Source: an archaeon
Lineage (GTDB): Archaea > Nanobdellota > Nanobdellia > Pacearchaeales > GW2011-AR1
Length of the DNA: 64,000 bases
Reading direction: 5' to 3'
NCBI GenBank assembly: GCA_018653485.1
Contig: JABHZE010000002.1
Coordinates: 56,294 to 120,293, forward strand
This document shows positions 37,397 to 47,190 of this stretch, piece by piece. Below the pieces are notes generated by a model. It did no database searches. It saw only the letters and a program-made list of their open reading frames with translations, and was not told where the DNA came from. A program made the translations under genes and the position numbers. The first letter of the stretch is position 1, and each line of letters opens with the position of its first letter.

Positions 37397-38905
37397 ATGA
37401 AAAAAATATTTTACTTAACAGATATGCACTGTAATTCTTGTGCAGAAAAAATTGAAAAGGCACTTAAGGAGAGGGTAGATAATGTTTCCGTAAGTTTTAT
37501 TAAAGAAACAGCAGAAATTGAATTTGATCCTGAAAAGATTTCTATTAATGAAATAAAAGAAATAATTCAAGAACAAGGATATGGTATGAAGGAAGATTCT
37601 GTTCATCAAGATACTAACAATTCAGAAAATCACCTCCCTCAATCAACTAAGAACAATTCAAATAACATAGCCTGGATTGTAACAATTCTAAGTTTTGTTA
37701 TTATATTATATTTAGTTTATCAATCGATAGGAGGTTTAAATTTTATTGAAAATATGGATGTTAGAATACCTGAACTTGGAGAACAAGCCTCATTATTGTT
37801 ATTATTTTTAGCAGGAATTTTAACAGGATTTCATTGCGTTTCAATGTGTGGGGCATTTGTACTTTCTTATACAACAAAAAACGCAATTAAAGGAAACAAA
37901 GGTTACAAACAACATTTAGTTTATGGAGGGGCAAAAGTTCTTTCTTATGCAATAATTGGAGGAATATTTGGTTTAATTGGAGGGATATTTGCTTTCAGTA
38001 TTCAATTAAGAGGAATGATTGCAATTTTTGCAGGATTATTTATGATATTTTACGCACTAAGTATGATGGGAATTAAGTTTTTCAGAAGGTTTCAATTCAA
38101 TCCAAAATTTTTAACAAAACTAACTCACAATGCCCATAAAAATACAAAAGGAGTTTACAAATTACCCTTTATCACAGGAATTTTATCAGGCTTATTTATC
38201 GCATGCGGGCCTTTACAAGCAATGTATTTGTATGCAATGGGAACTGGAAGTTTTTTTACAGGAGTATTAAGTCTTACTGCATTTGGTCTTGGAACATTAC
38301 CTGTAATGATTATATTTGGAACAATGGCAACAGCAATAAGTAAAAAAGCAACAAAAAGAATTTTAAAAGTTTCAGCAATTATTGTCTTAGTCCTTGGTTT
38401 AATTATGTTAAATAGGGGATTAGTAGTAATGGGAAGCCCATATAGTTTAGAATCAATAAAAGATACAATCACTGGAACTACAGAATCTGCTACAGGAAAT
38501 ATAATTATAAAAAATGGTTATCAAGAAATTAATATGGAGGTAGATAAGTATGGGTGGACTCCAGATTCTTTTGTTTTACAAAAAGATATACCTGTTAAAT
38601 GGAATATTAATGTTAAAGAATTAACAGGATGTAATAATGAGATTATTGTCAATGATTATAATTTAGATATAAAATTAGAAAAAGGATTAAACACAGTAGA
38701 ATTTACTCCAGATAAAACTGGGACAGTAAGATGGAGTTGTTGGATGGGAATGATTCCTGGAACATTTATAGTAACTGAAGAGGGAGATGCAACTCAAGCT
38801 CAATTATTATCTGCAAAACCAGAAGCTTCAGGAGGTTGTGGTGGAAGTTGCGGAAGCGATAGTTGTGGGGCAGTTAGTGGTGGCGGATGTGGGTGTGGAG
38901 GATAA
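37397..38905 (+). CDS. heavy-metal-associated (HMA) domain - polytopic membrane domain - cupredoxin-like domain fusion protein with Cys/Gly-rich tail
   Basis: N-terminal HMA (MHCNSCAEKIEKAL). The TM core has a Cys pair (GFHCVSMCG, DsbD_2/UreH-like). The C-terminal soluble domain carries a Met/Cys-rich motif (SCWMGMIPG). The tail is GGCGGSCGSDSCG...GGGCGCGG. Confidence 0.55.
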   Translation: MKKIFYLTDMHCNSCAEKIEKALKERVDNVSVSFIKETAEIEFDPEKISINEIKEIIQEQGYGMKEDSVHQDTNNSENHLPQSTKNNSNNIAWIVTILSFVIILYLVYQSIGGLNFIENMDVRIPELGEQASLLLLFLAGILTGFHCVSMCGAFVLSYTTKNAIKGNKGYKQHLVYGGAKVLSYAIIGGIFGLIGGIFAFSIQLRGMIAIFAGLFMIFYALSMMGIKFFRRFQFNPKFLTKLTHNAHKNTKGVYKLPFITGILSGLFIACGPLQAMYLYAMGTGSFFTGVLSLTAFGLGTLPVMIIFGTMATAISKKATKRILKVSAIIVLVLGLIMLNRGLVVMGSPYSLESIKDTITGTTESATGNIIIKNGYQEINMEVDKYGWTPDSFVLQKDIPVKWNINVKELTGCNNEIIVNDYNLDIKLEKGLNTVEFTPDKTGTVRWSCWMGMIPGTFIVTEEGDATQAQLLSAKPEASGGCGGSCGSDSCGAVSGGGCGCGG

Positions 38906-39015
38906 ATCTATTTTTCATAACAAAGAAAACCGAAACATATAAATATGAATTAAAATTCATATGTTTAATAAATTAAGCTTTCTTTTAAAAAGAAACTTCA
39001 GAAAGAAAAAATAAA

Positions 39016-39315
39016 ATGAAAAAACAAATAAATGAATTGATTGAATATCCTGAACACGGGGTTTTGAGTAAGGTTATTAGCAAAAATGACAAATTAAATA
39101 TAACCTTATTTTGCATGGCGGCAGGAACAGATATTTCTGAACATACTTCTACTAAACAAGGGTTTGTTTATGTTGTAGAAGGAAAAGGAACTTTTAATCT
39201 CCAAGGAGAAGATATCGAGATGATTCCAGGAGTTTTTATTTATATGAATGAAAATGCAGTCCATTCATTAAAAGCAGAAGAAAATACAACCTTTATATTA
39301 AATTTGGCAAATTAA
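39016..39315 (+). CDS. cupin-domain protein
   Basis: 99-aa small beta-barrel with a cupin-like G(x)5HxH...E / G..Y..P...H layout (AGTDISEHTSTKQGFVYVVEG...NAVHSL). Confidence 0.5.
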   Translation: MKKQINELIEYPEHGVLSKVISKNDKLNITLFCMAAGTDISEHTSTKQGFVYVVEGKGTFNLQGEDIEMIPGVFIYMNENAVHSLKAEENTTFILNLAN

Positions 39316-39339
39316 AAATTTAAATCATAGGAGGATAAA

Positions 39340-41526
39340 ATGAAAAAAGCTAAAATAGAAATTCAAGGAATGACTTGTGTTAATTGTGCAAAACATGTTG
39401 AAAAAGATCTTGCTAATGTGCAAGGTGTAAAAAACATAAATGTTAATTCTGTAATGAATAATGCAACTCTTGAAGCAGAAGATAATGTTACAGAAGAACA
39501 ATTAAAGGGCGCAGTTAAAACAGCAGGTTATGAACCTGTTTCAGTAGAGTTTGAAGCAGGGGGCTCTGCCCCTTCTACAACTTCTAAAAAACCCCAAATT
39601 AAAAAGAAACATACTATCTCTGATTCTCAAAAATGGTTTACTAAATTAGTTGGAACATGGATCTTTACAATTATAATTATGTTTTTAATGTATTTTCCAA
39701 AAATAACAAACATAGAATTAATGCCTATGAAATTTATGACCCCTATGATGTTAATACTCTCATTCCCCATAGTTTTTTATTTTGGATTTAGTACAATCAA
39801 AAAAGGATTTAGAGGTTTTTTAAAATTTTATTTTAGTATGGATTCCCTTATTGCATTAGGAACTGTTATTGCATTTTTAACAGGATTTCTAAGTTTTTTT
39901 ATAGAAGTTACAGATTATTCAGGAGTTAGTGGGATGATTATGACTATTTTCATAACAGGAAAATATATTGAAGATAAGGCAAAAGGAAGAGCAACAAGAG
40001 AAATAAAAAAATTACTTGAATTGGGAGCCAAGAAAGCAAGAGTTTTAAGGGATAATAAGGAAATTGAAATTGAAATTTCAGAAGTTAAATTGGGCGATAT
40101 TATAATAATTAAACCCGGTGAAAAAATTCCTACAGATGGGGAAGTTATTGAAGGAGAAAGTTCTGTGGATGAAAGCATGGTCACAGGAGAAAGTTTACCG
40201 ATTGAAAAAACAATAAAAAGCAAAGTTATTGGGGCTACAATTAATCAAGATGGAATTTTACACATTAAGGCAACGAAGATAGGGAAAGATACTTTTTTAG
40301 CAAATATAATTAAATTAGTTGAAGAAGCTCAAGGAACAAAAGTGCCAATACAAAAAATAGCAGATAAAGTCACAAATGTTTTTGTTCCTATTATCCTCAC
40401 ATTAGCACTAATAACTACATTAACCTGGTTTTTTATTTCTAATGATTTAGGAAGAAGTATAGGTGTAGGTATTTCAGTTTTAGTTATTGCATGTCCTTGC
40501 TCATTAGGTTTAGCAGTTCCAATCTCATTAACAGTAGGGGCGGGAATGGGCGCCAAGAGGGGAATTTTGATTAGAAAAGGAGAAGCCATTCAAACCATGA
40601 AAGAAATAAAAACAATTGTTTTTGACAAAACAGGAACAATAACAAAAGGTAAACCTGAAGTTACAGATATTTATCCAAAATCAAACCAGAAATTAATTTT
40701 AGAAATCGCAGGAAGTTTAGAAAAATTAAGTGAACATCCAATTGCAAGAGCAATAACAAAAAAAGCAAATTTAACAAAATATAAAAAAGTAGAAAAATTC
40801 AAAATAATTCGTGGAAAAGGGATTGAAGGTATGATTGGAAAAAAGAAATACCTCATAGGCCATGAAGGATTGCTAAAAGACAAAGGAATTTCAATTAGTA
40901 AATTAAAGGAGAAAATCACTGAATTTCAAGATAAAGGGCAAACAACAATGATTGTAGCTGAAGGAAAAAAAATATTAGGAATCATCGGAGTTTCAGATGC
41001 AATAAAAAAAGATTCTGTTTTAGCTATAAGTAAATTAAATCATCAAGGTTATAAAACAATAATGTTAACAGGAGATAATGAAAAAACAGCTCAAGCAATT
41101 GCAAAACAAGTAGGAATCAAAGAAGTAATCTCAAGAGTACTTCCAGGAGATAAATCTAAAAAAATTAAACAACTTCAAAGAATAGGGATGGTAGCATTTG
41201 TTGGAGATGGGATAAATGATGCCCCGGCATTAAAACAAGCCAACGTAGGTATTGCAATTGGAACAGGAACAGATATAGCAATTGAGGCAGGGGATATTGT
41301 GTTAGCAAAAGGTTCTTTAACCGGCGTTGTTCAAGCAATCAACCTCTCCAAAAAAACCTTTGGAAAGATAAAACAAAATCTATTCTGGGCATTTTTTTAT
41401 AATGTTATTGCTATTCCCCTAGCAATAGCAGGAATATTAAATCCTGTAATAGCAGAAATAGCAATGGCATCTTCTTCAATAACTGTTATTACAAATGCTA
41501 ATTTAATGAGAAGTTCAAAAATATAA
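39340..41526 (+). CDS. copA: copper-translocating P1B-type ATPase
   Basis: N-terminal HMA ([12 protein letters not shown]), a TM CPC motif ([10 protein letters not shown]), DKTGTIT phosphorylation site and [10 protein letters not shown] hinge. A ggagg SD lies upstream. Confidence 0.85.
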   Translation: MKKAKIEIQGMTCVNCAKHVEKDLANVQGVKNINVNSVMNNATLEAEDNVTEEQLKGAVKTAGYEPVSVEFEAGGSAPSTTSKKPQIKKKHTISDSQKWFTKLVGTWIFTIIIMFLMYFPKITNIELMPMKFMTPMMLILSFPIVFYFGFSTIKKGFRGFLKFYFSMDSLIALGTVIAFLTGFLSFFIEVTDYSGVSGMIMTIFITGKYIEDKAKGRATREIKKLLELGAKKARVLRDNKEIEIEISEVKLGDIIIIKPGEKIPTDGEVIEGESSVDESMVTGESLPIEKTIKSKVIGATINQDGILHIKATKIGKDTFLANIIKLVEEAQGTKVPIQKIADKVTNVFVPIILTLALITTLTWFFISNDLGRSIGVGISVLVIACPCSLGLAVPISLTVGAGMGAKRGILIRKGEAIQTMKEIKTIVFDKTGTITKGKPEVTDIYPKSNQKLILEIAGSLEKLSEHPIARAITKKANLTKYKKVEKFKIIRGKGIEGMIGKKKYLIGHEGLLKDKGISISKLKEKITEFQDKGQTTMIVAEGKKILGIIGVSDAIKKDSVLAISKLNHQGYKTIMLTGDNEKTAQAIAKQVGIKEVISRVLPGDKSKKIKQLQRIGMVAFVGDGINDAPALKQANVGIAIGTGTDIAIEAGDIVLAKGSLTGVVQAINLSKKTFGKIKQNLFWAFFYNVIAIPLAIAGILNPVIAEIAMASSSITVITNANLMRSSKI

Positions 41527-41608
41527 CTAGGGAATATCTCTATAATCGGATATTTGCAATATAGCAAACCTCAACAATTCTTAAAAACACTATTTATCTC
41601 CCGTTATC

Positions 41609-42523
41609 ATGATTTCAATAGTAATAACTGCTTTCAATGAACCCAAAACAATTGGGAAATGCATAGAATCAATAATCAATCAAAACATAACTGAAGATTA
41701 TGAATTATATATTTCTGCACCAGATAAAGAAACTCAAGATATAACAAAAAAATATATCCAACAAAACACAAACAAAAACATTCAACTCTTCCAAGATCCT
41801 GGAAAAGGTAAAAGTTACGCCCTAAACCTCCTCCTCCCAAAATTAAAAGGAGAAATAATAATACTCACAGACGGAGACGTCTACCTCTCAAATGATTCAA
41901 TAAATAATATTCTTTATGAATTCAAATCAAACAAAAATATTGGCTGTGTCACAGGAAGACCCACTCCTCAAGAAGACAAAACAACTAAGTTTGGTTTTTG
42001 GGCTAATTTCTTGTTTGATTCAGCTCACAGATTAAGAAAAAAATTAAAACAGCAAAACCAATTCCTAGAATGTTCCGGTTATTTATGGGCATTCAAAAAC
42101 AACATAATCAAAAGCTTTCCATTAGATGTTGCAGAAGATACTGTAGTTCCTTTCTTTTTTCATAAAAAAGGATACCAGATAGGATATGCAGAAAATGCCC
42201 GAGTTTTTGTTAAAAACACAGATAATATCAAAGATTGGCTTGAACAAAAAACAAGAACAGTTAAAGCTCATGAAAAAATAAAAAGATACACCAAACCCAA
42301 AACAAATTCAGAGAACATAAAAAGAGCACCTCAAACAAAAACATTTCTAAATGAAATAAAAGGGATCACCAAAGTATTAACTTATCCCAACTCTCCAAAA
42401 GAATTATTTTGGATTTCACAATTAGTAGGATTAAGATTATACATCTGGATCAAAGCCTATACATCATTCCTTTCAGGAACAGAATATCAAGATGCTTGGA
42501 AAAGGGTAGAGAGTACGAAATAA
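41609..42523 (+). CDS. glycosyltransferase family 2
   Basis: MISIVITAFNEPKTIGKCIESIINQ GT-A N-terminus and TDGD-like DxD (ILTDGDVY). Confidence 0.7.
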   Translation: MISIVITAFNEPKTIGKCIESIINQNITEDYELYISAPDKETQDITKKYIQQNTNKNIQLFQDPGKGKSYALNLLLPKLKGEIIILTDGDVYLSNDSINNILYEFKSNKNIGCVTGRPTPQEDKTTKFGFWANFLFDSAHRLRKKLKQQNQFLECSGYLWAFKNNIIKSFPLDVAEDTVVPFFFHKKGYQIGYAENARVFVKNTDNIKDWLEQKTRTVKAHEKIKRYTKPKTNSENIKRAPQTKTFLNEIKGITKVLTYPNSPKELFWISQLVGLRLYIWIKAYTSFLSGTEYQDAWKRVESTK

Positions 42524-42571
42524 CAATTCTTCCTCAATAATCCTTAAAAACCCTCAACCTCCTTAGTTAAC

Positions 42572-43678
42572 ATGCCAGAGATATCACAATTTGTTGTAGA
42601 ACAAGCTTATGCAGTATTTAACCAAAAAACAGGAGCAGTTCATGCAACATTTTATTATCCTAGAAATCCTAGAGAAACAAATGATAGATTAGGTGCAGCT
42701 CCAAAATGGGGAGTAGAAGTTCTTGAATCATTAATTCATGAAGGAGCAGCTCGAATTGCTACACCAGAACATCCTATTTCGCCTCCAACCGCAGGTTCAA
42801 TTCCAGTAACCAAAGACGGAAGGATTATTTGTACAAGAAGAGACAATGGTGCGCCGGTTCATAAAATGTTTCAAGCAGGTTATTCTGGATTTGCTAAAAC
42901 TCCTGACGAACTTTATACAGAAAAAGAAATGCTTACCTTAGGAAGAAGAGAATCAGCAGAAGAATTAGTTTTAATAACAAGAGATAGGAATCCTTATCTT
43001 ATTACAACAGAATCTACAAGAGAAGAAACTAGAATGTCTGCAAAAAGATTAGGATTAGACCATCTTCCAGAAAGACAAGTTAAAGAAGAATTAATTGATG
43101 GAAAAGATACATTAAAAGTATATTATGAGGATGGAGAACACTTATTCACCCTTCCATGTTTTTTCACAATGTTATGGAATATTGATTCAAGTTCAATTGC
43201 AATGCAAATGAGAAAACTCGATATTGATTCAGATGAAATCTTACCAATAGATGCTGAAGGAATGTTTACAGAGTCAGGAGATGCATATAAGGTTCACTTT
43301 AATAGGGAGTCTTTTATTATTGATCCAGATTATTTGATTTCACGTTTTTTCACTCAAGGAAATTTAGATGATATAGGATATGCCCATCCGATGGAAAATC
43401 CACAAGTATTTCAATCTCACATGGATGGAAAAAAGCGGATTGTACATACGCCTCATAATTCTCATTTAGAATATCTTGGTCCTGGCGCAACACCAGTTAA
43501 TCAACCCTTTTTATGGGCTCCACAAGATACCTTAAGAACTTGTCTTGATGGATTAGAAGTTCAAGAATATCATAAAAGAAAACTTCACTGGGAATTAGAA
43601 ATAGATAAGGCCTTTGCAGAAAATCCTAAACAAGGAGAGGCATGTGTTATTCCTCCTCAATTCTTAGCCAAAGATTAA
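42572..43678 (+). CDS. hypothetical protein (368 aa), compositionally atypical
   Basis: Intact long ORF. It is noticeably less K-rich and more GC-rich than the surrounding genes, and I recognise no family. Confidence 0.5.
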   Translation: MPEISQFVVEQAYAVFNQKTGAVHATFYYPRNPRETNDRLGAAPKWGVEVLESLIHEGAARIATPEHPISPPTAGSIPVTKDGRIICTRRDNGAPVHKMFQAGYSGFAKTPDELYTEKEMLTLGRRESAEELVLITRDRNPYLITTESTREETRMSAKRLGLDHLPERQVKEELIDGKDTLKVYYEDGEHLFTLPCFFTMLWNIDSSSIAMQMRKLDIDSDEILPIDAEGMFTESGDAYKVHFNRESFIIDPDYLISRFFTQGNLDDIGYAHPMENPQVFQSHMDGKKRIVHTPHNSHLEYLGPGATPVNQPFLWAPQDTLRTCLDGLEVQEYHKRKLHWELEIDKAFAENPKQGEACVIPPQFLAKD

Positions 43679-43748
43679 TTCTTAAAAAATATCAAATAAA
43701 ATAACCTTAGAAAATTTTCAGGAAAAAATAAAATCTCCACGATTATCT

Positions 43749-44702
43749 TCACAAAACACTTCTCCAATAGTCTAACATATCTTTCAAAGTCTTCTCCAAC
43801 TTAATCTCTTGTCTCCAATTAGTTTTGCATTTAAACTTATAATTATCTCCAAAAATAATTGGTTCGTCTGTAGGACGAATCAATTTAGGATCCTCATATA
43901 ACTCAAAATCAAAATCAACTAATTCTCTTAATTTTAAAATAATATCTCCAATTTCATAAACTTTTTCACCACTAACATTATATGTTTTTCCAATCTCCCC
44001 ACAATCTAATGCTAAATCAAATGCTCTGATTAAATCTCTAACATCCGTTATTGCTCTCCTTGTTTTTAAATTTCCAACCCTCAATCTTTTATCATTATTA
44101 ATCCCTTTTTCAATTTCAATTAATCTTTTTGTAAAATCAGCACAAACATCATTTACTTTTCTCGGCCCGGTTGTATTAAAAATTCTAATGGTTATAGGCT
44201 TTAAATTAAAATTTTTATAATATTGATATGCAAGCATTTCTTGAGCAACTTTTGAAACTCCATACGGATGTAATGGGTTTAAGGCATGCGATTCTTTAAC
44301 AGGAACTTCATCAGGATTTACAAAACCATATTCTGCACTACTTCCGGCATTTAAGATTTTACATTCAGGATTAAATTTTTTAACTGCTTCAAAGATATTA
44401 GTGGTCCCAATAATATTTGATTCAGCAGTATAATTGGGTTCATCCCAAGAAACAGTAGGATAACTTTGAGCAGCTAAATGAAACACCTTATCAGGCATAA
44501 ATTCTTGCATTAATCGAAAAACTTTTTCTTTATCTCTAACATCGCACTCTTCAACTCTTGCCCTTGAATCTATTCCATTAATATCTGTAGTAGGGCGATA
44601 ATATGTAGATAAAACTTCATAACCTTTGTCTAATAAATATTTTGCTAAATGGGGCCCCATAAATCCGCCTCCACCAGTTATCCATGCCTTTACCATTTTC
44701 AA
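43749..44702 (-). CDS. NAD-dependent nucleotide-sugar epimerase/dehydratase (extended SDR)
   Basis: N-terminal GGGGFMGPHL Rossmann motif and a YxxxK-type catalytic region (YGVSKVAQE). Confidence 0.7.
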   Translation of the reverse strand: MKMVKAWITGGGGFMGPHLAKYLLDKGYEVLSTYYRPTTDINGIDSRARVEECDVRDKEKVFRLMQEFMPDKVFHLAAQSYPTVSWDEPNYTAESNIIGTTNIFEAVKKFNPECKILNAGSSAEYGFVNPDEVPVKESHALNPLHPYGVSKVAQEMLAYQYYKNFNLKPITIRIFNTTGPRKVNDVCADFTKRLIEIEKGINNDKRLRVGNLKTRRAITDVRDLIRAFDLALDCGEIGKTYNVSGEKVYEIGDIILKLRELVDFDFELYEDPKLIRPTDEPIIFGDNYKFKCKTNWRQEIKLEKTLKDMLDYWRSVL

Positions 44703-46499
44703 CTACTCTTCAACCTCCCAAATTTTTAATCCATCAAAATCAAAACTAAAATCAATTGCCCTAACCCCTCTTTCAACAAGTATTTCTCTAACTTTATGTT
44801 CTTTATCAGGATGGCAATAGAAAAGTAAATGCCCTCCACCACCTGCCCCCATTAATCTCCCGCCAATAGCACCATTTAACAAGGCTTCTTCAATTAATGC
44901 ATCAATATAAGTATTTGTTATCAAAGGATTAAATTTCTTCTTTTTTTCCCAACCTTCAAAAACTAACTCTGCAAATTTTTTAAGATTTCCTCTCCTTAAA
45001 TTAAATTCCATCTCATGAGCAGTATTTTTTATTTCATGAAGTTTTTTAATCTTTATTTCATCTTCAAAAAATTTATTTTCAACTTCTTGTTTGTGTATTT
45101 GTCCAGAAGATTTAATTCTTCTTCCAGATGAAACAATCAAAAGATTTTTTTCAAATTCAAATAAATCATCTTTGTTTATACTTATTGAATTTACTCTCAC
45201 GTTTTCTCCACTATTGAATTCATAAAGATTTATTCCTCCAAATGCAGCAGCATATTGATCTTGCCTTCCACCAATATTATCTAATCTGTCTCTTTCAATT
45301 CTAAATGCATTTTCAGCTATTTCATGTCTTGTTAGCCTATCCTTTTTTCTTAAATGATTAAAGACACCAATAACAGCTACAGATAGAGAAGCACTTGCAC
45401 CCAATCCTGAATGGGGGGGAACTTCACTTCTAACATATAAATCAAAACCATAACTAGGTTCCATTTCTTGAATTACTGCTTTAATTAAACTAAGACTATC
45501 TCCATCATTAACCTTAATTTCATCAAGGTTTTCAAAACTATCTGTGTAAGTTTCAAACCCTCCATGAATATTGATAATATCTGATTTTACTCTTATTTTT
45601 TTATCATCTCTTAATTTTAATGAGGAATAAACATACCGATTAATCGTGGCATTTATACAAACACCTCCGTGATTTTTATCATATGGAGAAATATCTGTTC
45701 CACCGCCCCCAAAAGTAATTCTCACCGGAGCCCTACTTCTGATTATTTTTTGATATCCAGTGATACTAGGCATTATCAAACCCTGCTTTACATCTTTTTT
45801 AAATTCTCTCCAATCACCTTCATCAGCAATATCTAGCATATATCCTTTATGTAAAAATCCTTTCATATTTTTAATAATTTTTGGAAAAATTTCATTTTCT
45901 AATGAAATTTTTTGTGCCGGAGGAATAAGACCTAAAACTTCCTTACTCATTACATAAAAGCCACCATTAACTAAAACTTTATTAGAAGTTAGTAAGTGAT
46001 TTTCATGTTCTTTCGTATCTCTTTTATGGATATCTTTAATTAAAGTTTTATCTAATTCAATAAGCTCCTGAGTTTTGGGGTGATTAGCATCACAAACTAC
46101 CATAGTAAAAGGAGACTCATGACTTTCATGAAATTTTAAAAGATCTTTAATTTCTGCATCTAAAAATGTATCTCCATTCATAGCAATAAAATCTCCTTTA
46201 ATCAAATTCTCTGCATTCTTTATTGCACCTGCAGTACCTAATAAATTTTCTTCTTCATGAGAGTAAGTAATGTTAACTCCAAATCTTTTACCATCTCCAA
46301 AATACTCTTCAACCATATGCCCTAAATGGCCCACACAAAGGATAATCTCCTTAATCCCATGTTTCTTTAAACTCTCAATTTTAAACTCTAAGAAGGGTTT
46401 TCCATTAATTTCTACCATGGGTTTTGGAACCTGTTCAGTTAAGGGCCTTAATCTTGTCCCTAATCCTCCGACAAGTATAACTGCTTGATAATTTACCAT
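44703..46499 (-). CDS. bifunctional sugar-1-phosphate nucleotidyltransferase (N-term) / GHMP-family sugar kinase (C-term); HddC-HddA-like fusion
   Basis: N-terminal AVILVGGLGTRLRPLTEQVPKPMV is the NTP-transferase signature. The C-terminal half has the GHMP kinase motif PHSGLGASASLSVAVIG. Confidence 0.65.
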   Translation of the reverse strand: MVNYQAVILVGGLGTRLRPLTEQVPKPMVEINGKPFLEFKIESLKKHGIKEIILCVGHLGHMVEEYFGDGKRFGVNITYSHEEENLLGTAGAIKNAENLIKGDFIAMNGDTFLDAEIKDLLKFHESHESPFTMVVCDANHPKTQELIELDKTLIKDIHKRDTKEHENHLLTSNKVLVNGGFYVMSKEVLGLIPPAQKISLENEIFPKIIKNMKGFLHKGYMLDIADEGDWREFKKDVKQGLIMPSITGYQKIIRSRAPVRITFGGGGTDISPYDKNHGGVCINATINRYVYSSLKLRDDKKIRVKSDIINIHGGFETYTDSFENLDEIKVNDGDSLSLIKAVIQEMEPSYGFDLYVRSEVPPHSGLGASASLSVAVIGVFNHLRKKDRLTRHEIAENAFRIERDRLDNIGGRQDQYAAAFGGINLYEFNSGENVRVNSISINKDDLFEFEKNLLIVSSGRRIKSSGQIHKQEVENKFFEDEIKIKKLHEIKNTAHEMEFNLRRGNLKKFAELVFEGWEKKKKFNPLITNTYIDALIEEALLNGAIGGRLMGAGGGGHLLFYCHPDKEHKVREILVERGVRAIDFSFDFDGLKIWEVEE

Positions 46500-46560
46500 T
46501 TTTTTATAATCTTTAACCCGTTTTTTACATTATAAACATTATGAGGTTCTAATAAATAGT

Positions 46561-47118
46561 TTAAAACAACTCATAAATAGGTTTAGAATTCCCACTCAGA
46601 ATATAATCTGCTGCCTCAGTTAAATCTTTTAATTTAAAACAATCTAAATCTTGGACATATTCAGATTCTAAAAGTATTTTTCCACAATCACTTGCTTTAC
46701 CCATTTGCAAATCACTTATTTTATCACCAATCAACCAAGAGTTTAACTCATCTAAATCTAATTCTTTAATAGCTTGATTAAGCATGCCAGGTTTTGGTTT
46801 TCTACAATCACAATTTTCACTAGATGCATGTAAACAAGAATAGACTTTTTCAATTTTTATTCCTTTTTCAGAAAATCTTTCCAACATCCATTCATTAACT
46901 TTTTGATAATCTTCTGAACTAAAATACCCTTTATCAATCCTACCTCCCTGATTGGTCACTATGGTTAATAGATATCCTGCATCTTGTAATCGCGTCAAAC
47001 TCTCAAAAACACCCGGAATAAATTCAAAATCAGATATTTTACCCACTCCATGATTATCATAATTGATTACTCCATCACGGTCTAAGATAATTCCTTTTTT
47101 ACCCATCTTTAAATCCAC
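46561..47118 (-). CDS. gmhB: D-glycero-D-manno-heptose 1,7-bisphosphate phosphatase-like HAD hydrolase (GmhB/HisB-N family)
   Basis: ILDRDGVIN motif I, TNQ motif II and a CxC..KPKPGM zinc-binding loop typical of GmhB-type HAD phosphatases. Confidence 0.6.
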   Translation of the reverse strand: MDLKMGKKGIILDRDGVINYDNHGVGKISDFEFIPGVFESLTRLQDAGYLLTIVTNQGGRIDKGYFSSEDYQKVNEWMLERFSEKGIKIEKVYSCLHASSENCDCRKPKPGMLNQAIKELDLDELNSWLIGDKISDLQMGKASDCGKILLESEYVQDLDCFKLKDLTEAADYILSGNSKPIYELF

Positions 47119-47190
47119 TAATTTTTACCTCTTTTTAACTATTTCTCTTCTCCACCAAACCTTTTTTAACCTTTAATTCCATATAATAGG

